From Eledone cirrhosa (Eukaryota): 64,000 bases of DNA. Shown here piece by piece: positions 27,501 through 41,009 of the stretch (position 1 is its first letter; the number at the start of each line of letters is the position of its first letter). The notes under the pieces are model-generated. The model was given only the letters and a program-made list of their open reading frames with translations. It was not told the DNA's origin and did not search any database. The stretch lies in NCBI GenBank assembly GCA_964016885.1, contig OZ024751.1:2976001-3040000 (forward strand), given 5' to 3'. The translations under genes were made by a program, and so were the position numbers.

Positions 27501-28870
27501 CCACTGAGGTAACAACTCACCACTGTCGTACCATTGAGGTAACAACTCACAACTGTCCTACCACTGAGGTAACAACTCACAACTGTCCTACCACTGAGAT
27601 TACAACTCACCACTGTACTACCACTGAAGTAACATCTCACAACTGTCCTTCCACTGATGTAACATCTCACAACTGTCCTACCACTGAGGTAACAACTTAC
27701 AACTGTCCTACCACTGAGGTAACAACTCACAACTGTCCTACCACTGAGGTAACATCTCACAACTGTCCTACAGGTGAAGTAAAAACTCAGAACTGTCCTA
27801 TCACTGAAGTAACAACTCACCACTGTCTTACCACTGAGGTAACAACTCACCACTGTCCTACCACTGAGGTAACAAATGACAACTGTCCTACCACTGAGGT
27901 AACACCTAACCAGTGTCTTACCACTGAGGTAACATCTCACCACTGTCCTAACATTGATGTAACATCTCACCACCGTCTTACCACTGAGGTAACAACTCAC
28001 CACTGTCCTACGACTGAGGTAACAACTCACCACTATCCTACCAATGAGGTAACATCTCACCACTGTCCTACCAATGAGGTAACATCTCACCACTGTCCTA
28101 CCCTTGAGGTAATATCTCACCACTGTCTTACCACTGAGGTAACAACTCACAACTGTCCTACCACTGAAGTAACAACTCACCACTCTCCTACCACTGAGGT
28201 AACATCTCACAACTGTCCTACCTATGAGGTAACATCTCACAACTGTCCTATCACTGAGGTAACATGTCACAACTGTCCTATCACTGAGGTAATAACTCAC
28301 CACTGTGCTACCACTGAGGTAACATCTCATAACTGTCCTACCACTGAGGTAAGGTCTCACAACTGTCCTAACATTGAGGTAACAACTCGCAATTGTCCTA
28401 CCACTGAGATAACAACTCACCACTGTCCTACCACTGAGGTAACAACTCAGCACTGTCCTACCACTGAGGTAACAACTCACCACTGTCCTAACACTGAGGT
28501 AACACTCACAACTGTCTTACCACTGAGGTAACAATTCACCACTGTTCTACCATTGAAGTAACAACTCACCACTGTCGTACCACTGAGGTAACAACTCACA
28601 ACTGTCCTAACATTGAGGTAACAACTCACCACTGTCCTACCGTTGAGGTAACAACTCAAAACTGTCCTACCATTGAGGTAACATCTCACAACTATCCTAC
28701 CATGGAGGTAAGATCCCACCACTGTCCTGCCATTGAGGTAACATCTCCCCGCTGTCCTGCCACTGATGTACATCTCCCCACCTTCCTACCATTGAGGTAA
28801 CATCCCACCACTGTCCTACCATTGATGTAACATCTCACCACCGTCCTATCACTGAGGTAACATCTCACAA
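21190..28870 (+). repeat. Higher-order repeat of ~2.3 kb, about 3 copies (offsets 2,320 and 2,348 bp)
   Basis: Matching ORFs at 21406/23726, 22029/24349/26697 and 22250/24570/26918, with ends at 26425/28773. Each copy carries the same 11-bp internal duplication (~22070, 24390, 26738) and the same 29-mer (AAAACTCCCAATG). Confidence 0.9.
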
Positions 28871-28969
28871 CTGTCCTAACATTGAGGTAACATCTCACAA
28901 CTGTCCTACCACTGATGTAACAACTCACCACTGTCCTACCATTGAGGTAACATCTCACCACTGTCTGAC

Positions 28970-29818
28970 CACTGAGGTTACATCTCACCACTGTCCTACC
29001 ATTGAGGTAACACCTCACCAATGTCCTACCACTGAGGTAACAACTCACCACTTTCCTACGACTGAGGTAATATCTCACCACTGTCCTGCCACTGAGGTAA
29101 CAACACACCTCTCACCAACCACTGAGGTAACAACTCACTACTGTCGTACCATTGAGGTAACAACTCACCACTGTCGTATCATTGAGGTAACAACTCACAA
29201 CTCTCCTACCACTGAGGTAACATCTCACCACTGTCCTACCACTGAGATTACAACTCACCACTGTACTACCACTGATGTAACATCTCACAACTGTCCTACC
29301 ACTGAGGTAACAACTTATAACTGTCCTACCACTGAGGTAACAACTCACAACTGTCCTACCATTGAGGTAACATCTCACCACTGTCCTACCACTGAGGTTA
29401 CATCTCACCACTGTCCTACCATTGAGGTAACACCTCACCAATGTCCTACCACTGAGGTAACAACTCACCACTTTCCTACGACTGAGGTAATATCTCACCC
29501 CTGTCCTACCACTGAGGTAACAACATACCTCTCACCAACCACTGAGGTAACAACTCACTACTGTCGTACCATTGAGGTAACAACTCACCACTGTCGTATC
29601 ATTGAGGTAACAACTCACAACTCTCCTACCACTGAGGTAACATCTCACCACTGTCCTACCACTGAGATTACAACTCACCACTGTACTACCACTGATGTAA
29701 CATCTCACAACTGTCCTACCACTGAGGTAACAACTTATAACTGTCCTACCACTGAGGTAACAACTCACAACTGTCCTACCATTGAGGTAACATCTCACCA
29801 CTGTCCTACCACTGAGGT
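28970..29818 (+). repeat. 14-monomer (420 bp) tandem duplication
   Basis: Lines 28981-29398 repeat at 29401-29818. Shared variants include CTCACCAACC, CGTATCATT and CTTATAAC. Confidence 0.9.
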
Positions 29819-30297
29819 AACATCTCACAACTGTCCTACCAATGACGTAACAACTCACCACTCTCCTACCACTGAGGTAACAACTCACCACAGTCCTACC
29901 ATTGAGGTAACATCTCACCACTGTCCTACCACTGAGGTAACATCTCAAAACTGTCCTACCAGTGAAGTAAAAACTCTGAACTGTCCTACCACTGAAGTAA
30001 CAACTCACCACTGTCTTACCACTGAGGTAACAACTCACCACTGTCCTACCACTGAGGTAACAAATGACAACTGTCCTACCACTGAGGTAACACCTCACCA
30101 GTGTCTTACCACTGAGGTAACATCTCACCACTGTCCTACCATTGATGTAACATCTCACCACCGTCTTACCACTGAGGTAACAACTCACCACTGTCCTACG
30201 ACTGAGGTAACAACTCACCACTATCCTACCAATGAGGTAACATCTCACCACTGTCCTACCCTTGAGGTAATATCTCACCACTGTCTTACCACTGAGG

Positions 30298-33200
30298 TAA
30301 CAACTCACAACTGTCCTACCACTGAGGTAACAACTCACCACTGTCCTACCAATGAGGTCATACCTCACCACTGTCCTACCATTGAGGTAAAAACTCCCAA
30401 TTTCCTACCATTTAGGTAACAACTCACCACTCTCCTACCACTGAGGTAACATCTCACAACTGTCCTACCATTGAGGTAACATCTCACAACTGTCCTATCA
30501 CTGAGGTAACATATCACAACTGTCATATCACTGAGGTAATAACTCACCACTGTGCTACCACTGAGGTAACATCTCATAACTGTCCTACCACTGAGGTAAG
30601 ATCTCACAACTGTCCTAACATTGAGGTATCAACTCACAACTGTCCTACCACTGAGGTAATATCTCACTACTGTCCTACCACTGAGGTAGCAACTCACAAC
30701 TGTCCTACCACTGAGGCAACAACTCACCACTTTCCTACGACTAAGGTAATATCTCACCACTGTTCTACCTTTGAGGTAACAACTCACCTCTCTCCTACCA
30801 CTGAGGTAACAACTCACCACTGTCGTACCACTGACGTAACAACTCACAACTGTCCTACATTTGAGGTAACAACTCACAACTGTCCTACCACTGAGGTAAC
30901 AACTCACCACTGTCGTACCATTGAGGTAACAACTCACAACTGTCCTACCACTGAGGTAACAACTCACAACTGTCGTACCACTGAGGTAACAACTCACAAC
31001 TGTCCTACATTTGAGGTAACAACTCACAACTGTCCTACCACTGAGGTAACAACTCACCACTGTCGTACCATTGAGGTAACAACTCACAACTGTCCTACCA
31101 CTGAGGTAACAACTCACAACTGTCCTACCACTGAGATTACAACTCACCACTGTACTACCACTGAAGTAACATCTCACAACTGTCCTACCACTGAGGTAAC
31201 AACTTACAACTATCCTACCACTGAGGTAACAACTCACAACTGTCCTACCATTGAGGTAACATCTCACCACTGTCCTACCACTGAGGTAACATCTCACAAC
31301 TGTCCTACCACTGACGTAATAACTCACCACTCTCCTACCACTGAGGTAACAACTCACCACCGTCCTACCATTGAGGTAACATCTCACCACTGTCCTACCA
31401 TTGAGGTAACATCTCACCACTGTCCTACCACTGAGGTAATATCTCACAACTGTCCTACCAGTGAAGTAAAAACTCAGAACTGTCCTACCACTGAAGTAAC
31501 AACTCACCACTGTCTTACCACTGAGGTAACATCTCACCACTGTCCTACCACTGATGTTACATCTCACCATCTTCTTACAACTGAGGGAACAACTCCCCAC
31601 TGTCCTACCACTGAGGTAACAACTCACCACTGTTCTACCACTGAGGTAACATCTCATAACTGTCCTACCACTGAGGTAACAACTCACCACTGTCCTACCA
31701 CTGAGGTAACAACTCAGCACTGTCCTACCACTGAGATAACAACTCACCACTGTCCTAACACTGAGGTAACATCTCACAACTGTCTTACCACTGAGGTAAC
31801 AATTCACCACTGTCCTACCATTGAAGTAACAACTCACCACTCTCCTACAAATGAGGTAACAACTCACAACTGTCCTACCAGTGAGGTAACAACTCACCAC
31901 TGTCGTACCACTGAGGTAACAACTCAGAACTGTCCTAACATTGAGGTAACAACTCACCACTGTCCTACCGTTGAGGTAACAACTCAAAACTGTCCTACCA
32001 TTGAGGTAACATCTCACAACTATCCTACCATGGAGGTAAGATCCCACCACTGTCCTGCCTTTGAAGTAACATCTCCCCGCTGTCCTACCACTGAGGTAAC
32101 ATCTCAACACTGTCTTACCACTGATGTTACATCTCACCATCTTCTTACAACTGAGGTAACAACTCCCCACTGTCCTTCCACAGAGGTAACATCTCACCAC
32201 TGTCCTACCACTGAGGTAATAACTCACCTCAGTCCTATTATTGGGGTTTCATCTCACCACTGTCCTACCATTGATGTAACATCTCACCACCGTCCTATCA
32301 CTGAGGTAACATCTCACAACTGTCCTAACATTGAGGTAACATCTCACAACTGTCCTACCACTGAGGTAACAACTCACCACTGTCCTACCATTGAGGTAAC
32401 ATCTCACCACTGTCTGACCACTGAGGTAACAACTCACCACAGTCCTACCACTGAGGTTACATCTCACCACTGTCCTACCACTGAGGTAACAACTCACCAC
32501 TTTCCTACGACTGAGGTAATATCTCACCACTGTCCTACCACTGAGGTAACAACACACCTCTCACCAACCACCACTGTCGTACCTTTGAGGTAACAACTCA
32601 CCACTGTCGTACCTTTGAGGTAACATCTCACAACTGTCCTGCCACTGAGGTAACAACTAGCAACTGTCCTAACACTGAGGTACAACTCACCACTGTCCTA
32701 AAATTGAGGTAACAACTTACAACTGTCCTACCACTGAGGTAACAACTCACCACTGTCGTACCATTGAGGTAACAACTCACCACTGTCCTACCACTGAGGT
32801 AACATCTGAAAACTGTCCTACCACTGAGGTAACAACTCACAACTGTCCTAACACTGAGGTAACAACTCACCACTCTCCTACCATTGAGGTAACAACTCAC
32901 AACTGTCCTACCATTGAGGTAACGACTCACCACTGTCCTAAATTTGAGGTAACAACTCACAACTGCCCTACCATTGAGGTAACAACTCACCACTGTCCTA
33001 CCGTTGAGGTAACATCTCACAACTGTCCTACCATGGTGGTAAGATCCCACCACTGTCCTGCCATTGAAGTAACATCTCCCCACTGTCCTACCACTGATGT
33101 ACCATCTCCCCACCTTCCTACCATGTGGTAACCTCCCACCACTGTCCTGCCATTGAAGTAACGTCTCCCCATTGTCCTACCACTGAGGTAACAGCTCACT

Positions 33201-36200
33201 ATCTTCTTACAACTGAGGTAACAACTCCCCACTGTCCTACCACAGAGGTAACATCTCACCACTGTCCTACCACTGAGGTAACAACTTACCTCAGTCCTAT
33301 TATTGGGGTTTCATCTCACCACTGTCCTACCATTGATGTAACATCTCACCACCGTCCTATCACTGAGGTAACACCTCACAACTGTCCTAACATTGAGGTA
33401 ACAACTCCGAACTGTCCTTCCACTGACGTAACAACTCACCACTGTCCTACCATTGAGGTAACACCTCACCAATGTCTGACCACTGAGGTAACAACTCACC
33501 ACAGTCCTACCACTGAGGTTACATCTCACCACTATCCTACCATTGAGGTAACAACTCACCAATGTCCTACCATTGAGGTAACAACTCACCACTTTCCTAC
33601 GACTGAGGTGATATCTCACCACTGTCCTAGCACTGATGTAACATCTCACAACTGTCCTACCACTGAGGTAACAACTCACAACTGTCCTAACACTGAGGTA
33701 ACGACTCACCACTGTCCTAAATTTGAGGTAACAACTCACAACTGTCCTACCATTGAGGTAACATCTCACAACTGTCTTACCGTTGAGGTAACAACTCACA
33801 ACTGTCCTGCCATTGAAGTAACATCTCCCCACTGTCCTACCACTGATGTACCATCTCACCACTGTCTTACCACTAATGTTAAATTAAGGTAACAACTCAC
33901 AACTATCCTACCACTGAGGTAACAACTCACCACTGTCGAACCATTGAGGTAACAACTCACAACTGTCCTACCACTGAGTTAACAACTCACAACTGTCCTA
34001 CCACTGAGGTAACAACTCACCACTGTCCTACCAATGAGGTCATACCTCACCACTGTCCTACCATTGAGGTAAAAACTCCCAATTTCCTACCATTTAGGTA
34101 ACAACTCACCACTCTCCTACCACTGAGGTAACATCTCACAACTGTCCTACCATTGAGGTAACATCTCACAACTGTCCTATCACTGAGGTAACATGTCACA
34201 ACTGTCATATCACTGAGGTAATAACTCACCACTGTGCTACCACTGAGGTAACATCTCATAACTGTCCTACCACTGAGGTAAGATCTCACAACTGTCCTAA
34301 CATTGAGGTATCAACTCACAACTGTCCTACCACTGAGGTAATATCTCACTACTGTCCTACCACTGAGGTAGCAACTCACAACTGTCCTACCACTGAGGCA
34401 ACAACTCACCACTTTCCTACGACTAAGGTAATATCTCACCACTGTTCTACCTTTGAGGTAACAACTCACCTCTCTCCTACCACTGAGGTAACAACTCACC
34501 ACTGTCGTACCACTGACGTAACAACTCACAACTGTCCTACATTTGAGGTAACAACTCACAACTGTCCTACCACTGAGGTAACAACTCACCACTGTCGTAC
34601 CATTGAGGTAACAACTCACAACTGTCCTACCACTGAGGTAACAACTCACAACTGTCGTACCACTGAGGTAACAACTCACAACTGTCCTACATTTGAGGTA
34701 ACAACTCACAACTGTCCTACCACTGAGGTAACAACTCACCACTGTCGTACCATTGAGGTAACAACTCACAACTGTCCTACCACTGAGGTAACAACTCACA
34801 ACTGTCCTACCACTGAGATTACAACTCACCACTGTACTACCACTGAAGTAACATCTCACAACTGTCCTACCACTGAGGTAACAACTTACAACTATCCTAC
34901 GACTGAGGTAACAACTCACAACTGTCCTACCATTGAGGTAACATCTCACCACTGTCCTACCACTGAGGTAACATCTCACAACTGTCCTACCACTGACGTA
35001 ATAACTCACCACTCTCCTACCACTGAGGTAACAACTCACCACCGTCCTACCATTGAGGTAACATCTCACCACTGTCCTACCATTGAGGTAACATCTCACC
35101 ACTGTCCTACCACTGAGGTAATATCTCACAACTGTCCTACCAGTGAAGTAAAAACTCAGAACTGTCCTACCACTGAAGTAACAACTCACCACTGTCTTAC
35201 CACTGAGGTAACATCTCACCACTGTCCTACCACTGATGTTACATCTCACCATCTTCTTACAACTGAGGGAACAACTCCCCACTGTCCTACCACTGAGGTA
35301 ACAACTCACCACTGTTCTACCACTGAGGTAACATCTCATAACTGTCCTACCACTGAGGTAACAACTCACCACTGTCCTACCACTGAGGTAACAACTCAGC
35401 ACTGTCCTACCACTGAGATAACAACTCACCACTGTCCTAACACTGAGGTAACATCTCACAACTGTCTTACCACTGAGGTAACAATTCACCACTGTCCTAC
35501 CATTGAAGTAACAACTCACCACTCTCCTACAAATGAGGTAACAACTCACAACTGTCCTACCAGTGAGGTAACAACTCACCACTGTCGTACCACTGAGGTA
35601 ACAACTCAGAACTGTCCTAACATTGAGGTAACAACTCACCACTGTCCTACCGTTGAGGTAACAACTCAAAACTGTCCTACCATTGAGGTAACATCTCACA
35701 ACTATCCTACCATGGAGGTAAGATCCCACCACTGTCCTGCCTTTGAAGTAACATCTCCCCGCTGTCCTACCACTGAGGTAACATCTCAACACTGTCTTAC
35801 CACTGATGTTACATCTCACCATCTTCTTACAACTGAGGTAACAACTCCCCACTGTCCTTCCACAGAGGTAACATCTCACCACTGTCCTACCACTGAGGTA
35901 ATAACTCACCTCAGTCCTATTATTGGGGTTTCATCTCACCACTGTCCTACCATTGATGTAACATCTCACCACCGTCCTATCACTGAGGTAACATCTCACA
36001 ACTGTCCTAACATTGAGGTAACATCTCACAACTGTCCTACCACTGCAGTAACAACTCACCACTGTCCTACCATTGAGGTAAAATCTCACCACTGTCTGAC
36101 CACTGAGGTAACAACTCACCACAGTCCTACCACTGAGGTTACATCTCACCACTGTCCTACCACTGAGGTAACAACTCACCACTTTCCTACGACTGAGGTA

Positions 36201-37709
36201 ATATCTCACCACTGTCCTACCACTGAGGTAACAACACACCTCTCACCAACCACCACTGTCGTACCTTTGAGGTAACAACTCACCACTGTCGTACCTTTGA
36301 GGTAACATCTCACAACTGTCCTGCCACTGAGGTAACAACTAGCAACTGTCCTAACACTGAGGTACAACTCACCACTGTCCTAAAATTGAGGTAACAACTT
36401 ACAACTGTCCTACCACTGAGGTAACAACTCACCACTGTCGTACCATTGAGGTAACAACTCACCACTGTCCTACCACTGAGGTAACATCTGAAAACTGTCC
36501 TACCACTGAGGTAACAACTCACAACTGTCCTAACACTGAGGTAACAACTCACCACTCTCCTACCATTGAGGTAACAACTCACAACTGTCCTACCATTGAG
36601 GTAACGACTCACCACTGTCCTAAATTTGAGGTAACAACTCACAACTGCCCTACCATTGAGGTAACAACTCACCACTGTCCTACCGTTGAGGTAACATCTC
36701 ACAACTGTCCTACCATGGTGGTAAGATCCCACCACTGTCCTGCCATTGAAGTAACATCTCCCCACTGTCCTACCACTGATGTACCATCTCCCCACCTTCC
36801 TACCATGTGGTAACCTCCCACCACTGTCCTGCCATTGAAGTAACGTCTCCCCATTGTCCTACCACTGAGGTAACAGCTCACTATCTTCTTACAACTGAGG
36901 TAACAACTCCCCACTGTCCTACCACAGAGGTAACATCTCACCACTGTCCTACCACTGAGGTGACAACTTACCTCAGTCCTATTATTGGGGTTTCATCTCA
37001 CCACTGTCCTACCATTGATGTAACATCTCACCACCGTCCTATCACTGAGGTAACACCTCACAACTGTCCTAACATTGAGGTAACAACTCACAACTGTCCT
37101 TCCACTGACGTAACAACTCACCACTGTCCTACCATTGAGGTAACACCTCACCAATGTCTGACCACTGAGGTAACAACTCACCACAGTCCTACCACTGAGG
37201 TTACATCTCACCACTATCCTACCATTGAGGTAACAACTCACCAATGTCCTACCATTGAGGTAACAACTCACCACTTTCCTACGACTGAGGTGATATCTCA
37301 CCACTGTCCTAGCACTGATGTAACATCTCACAACTGTCCTACCACTGAGGTAACAACTCACAACTGTCCTAACACTGAGGTAACGACTCACCACTGTCCT
37401 AAATTTGAGGTAACAACTCACAACTGTCCTACCATTGAGGTAACATCTCACAACTGTCTTACCGTTGAGGTAACAACTCACAACTGTCCTGCCATTGAAG
37501 TAACATCTCCCCACTGTCCTACCACTGATGTACCATCTCACCACTGTCTTACCACTAATGTTAAATTAAGGTAACAACTCACAACTATCCTACCACTGAG
37601 GTAACAACTCACCACTGTCGAACCATTGAGGTAACAACTCACAACTGTCCTACCACTGAGTTAACAACTCACAACTGTCCTACCACTGAGGTAACAACTC
37701 ACCACTGTC
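30298..37709 (+). repeat. Near-perfect higher-order tandem duplication, period 3,682 bp
   Basis: ORF pairs 30365/34047, 30629/34311, 32030/35712, 32628/36310 and 33125/36807 all have offset 3682. This equals 122x30 + 14 + 11 - 3, matching the shared indels. Only about six differing sites were seen by eye. Confidence 0.95.
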
Positions 37710-40700
37710 GTACCATTGAGATAACAACTCACAACTGTTCTACCACTGAGGTAACAACTCACAACTGTCCTACCACTGAGATTACAACACACCACTGTAC
37801 TACCACTGAAGTAACATCTCACAACTGTCCTTCCAATGAGGTAACATCTCACAACTGTCCTACCACTGAGGTAACAACTCACAACTGTCCTACCATTGAT
37901 GTAACAACTCACCACTCTCCTACCACTGAGGTAACAACTCACCACCGTCCTACCATTGAGGTAACATCTCACCACTGTCCTACCACTGAGGTATCATCTC
38001 ACAACTGTCCTACCAGTGAAGTAAAAACTCAGAACTGTCCTACCACTGAAGTAACAACTCACCACTGTCTTACCACTGAGGTAAAAACTCACCACTGTCC
38101 TACCACTGAGGTAACAAATGACAACTGTCCTACCACTGAGGTAACACCTCACCAGTGTCTTACCACTGAGGTAACATCTCACCACTGTCCTACCATTGAT
38201 GTAACATCTCACCACCGTCTTACCACTGAGGTAACAACTCACCACTGTCCTACGACTGAGGTAACAACTCACCACTATCCTACCACTGAGGTAACAACTC
38301 ACCACTGTCCTACCACTGAGGTAACATCTCACCACTGTCCTACCATTGAGGTAAAAACTCCCAATGTGCTACCATTTAGGTAACAACTCACCACTCTCCT
38401 ACCACTGAGGTAACATCTCACAACTGTCCCACCCCTGAGGTAACATCTCACAACTGTCCTATCACTGAGGTAACATGTCACAACTGTCCTATCACTGAGG
38501 TAGTAACTCACCACTGTGCTACCACTGATGTAACATCTCATAACTGTCCTACCATTGAGGTAAGATCTCACAACTGTCCTAACATTGAGGTAACAACTCA
38601 CAACTGTCCTACCATTGAGGTAACATCTCACTAATGTCCTACACTGAGGTAGCAACTCACAACTGTCCTAACACTGAAGTAATAACTCACCACTGTCCAA
38701 CACTGAAGTAACAACTCACCACTGTCCTACCACTGAGGTAACAACTCAGCACTGTCCTACTACTGAGATAACAACTCACCACTGTCCTAACACTGAGGTA
38801 ACATCTCACAACTGTCTTACCACTGAGGTAACAATTCACCACTGTCCTACCATTGAAGTAACAACTCACCACTCTCCTACCAATGAGCTAACAACTCACA
38901 ACTGTCCTACCAGTGAGGTAACAACTCACCACTGTCGTACCATTGAGGTAACAACTCACAACTGTCCTAACATTGAGGTAACAACTCACCACTGTCCTAC
39001 CGTTGAGGTAACAACTCAAAACTGTCCTACCATTGAGGTAACATCTCACAACTATCCTACCATGGAGGTAAGATCCCACAACTGTCCTGCCTTTGAAGTA
39101 ACATCTCCCCGCTGTCCTACCACTGATGTAACATCTCCCCACCTTCCTACCATTGAGGTAACATCCCACCACTGTCCTGCCATTGAAGTAACATCTCCCC
39201 ACTGTCCTACCACTGAGGTAACATCTCACCACTGTCTTACCACTGATGTTACATCTCACCATCTTCTTACAACTGAGGTAACAACTCCCCACTGTCCTAC
39301 CACAGAGGTAACATCTCACCACTGTCCTACCACTGAGGTAATAACTCACCTCAGTCCTATTATTGGGGTTTCATCTCACCACTATCCTACCATTGATGTA
39401 ACATCTCACCACCGTCCTATCACTGAGGTAACATCTCACAACTGTCCTAACATTGAGGTAACATCTCACAACTGTCCTACCACTGAGGTAACAACTCACC
39501 ACTGTCCTACCATTGAGGTAACATCTCACCACTGTCTGACCACTGAGGTAACAACTCACCACTGTCCTACCACTGAGGTTACATCTCACCACTGTTCTAC
39601 CATTGAGGTAACAACTCACCAACGTCCTACCACTGAGGTAACAACTCACAACTGTCCTACCATTGAGGTAACATCTCACAACTGTCTTACCGTTGAGGTA
39701 ACAACTCACAACTGTCCTACCATTGAGGTAACATCTCACAACTGTCCTACCATGGAGGTAAGATCCCACCACTCTCCTGCCATTGAAGTAACATCTCCCC
39801 ACTGTCCTACCACTGATGTACCATCTCAGCACTGTCTTACCACTAATGTTAAATTGAGGTAACAACTCACAACTATCCTACCACTGAGGTAACAACTCAC
39901 CACTGTCGTACCATTGAGGTAACAACTCACAACTGTCCTACCACTGAGTTAACAACTCACAACTGTCCTACCACTGAGGTAACAACTCACCACTGTCGTA
40001 CCATTGAGGTAACAACTCACAACTGTTCTACCACTGAGGTAACAACTCACAACTGTCCTACCACTGAGATTACAACTACCACTGTACTACCACTGAAGTA
40101 ACATCTCACAACTGTCCTTCCAATGAGGTAACATCTCACAACTGTCCTACCACTGAGTTAACAACTCACAACTGTTCTACCACTGAGGTAACAACTCACA
40201 ACTGTCCTACCACTGAGATTACAACTACCACTGTACTACCACTGAAGTAACATCTCACCACTGTCTTCCCATGAGGTAACAACTCACAACTGTCCTACCA
40301 CTGAGGTAACAACTCACCACTGTCCTACCACTGAGGTAACATCTCACCACTGTCCTACCATTGAAGTAAAAACTCACCAATGTCCTACCATTTAGGTAAC
40401 AACTCACCACTCTCCTACCACTGAGGTAACATCTCACAACTGTCCTACCATTGAGGTAAAATCTCACAACTGTCCTATCACTGAGGTAACATGTCACAAC
40501 TGTCCTATCATTGAGGTAACATCCCACAACTGTCCTACCACTATGGTAACATCTCACTACTGTCCTACAACTGAGGTAACAACTCACCACTGTCCTACCA
40601 CTGAGGTTACATCTCACCACTGTCCTACCATTCAGGTAACAACTCACCAATGTCCTACCATTGAGGTAACAACTCACCACTTTACTACGACTGAGGTAAT

Positions 40701-41009
40701 ATCTCACCACTGTCCTACCGTTGAGGTAACAACTCACCTCTCTCCCACCACTGAGGTAACAACTCACCACTGTCGTACCTTTGAGGTAACAACTCACCAC
40801 TGTCCTACCACTGAGGTAATATCTCACCACTGTCCTACCGTTTAGGTAACAACTCACCTCTCTCCTACCACTGAGGTAACATCTCACAACTGTCCTACCC
40901 TTGAGGTAACAACTCCCCACTGTCCTACCACTGAGGTAACAACTCACCACTGTCCTAACATTGAGGTAACAACTCACAACTGTCCTACCAATAGGGTAAC
41001 ACCTCACAA

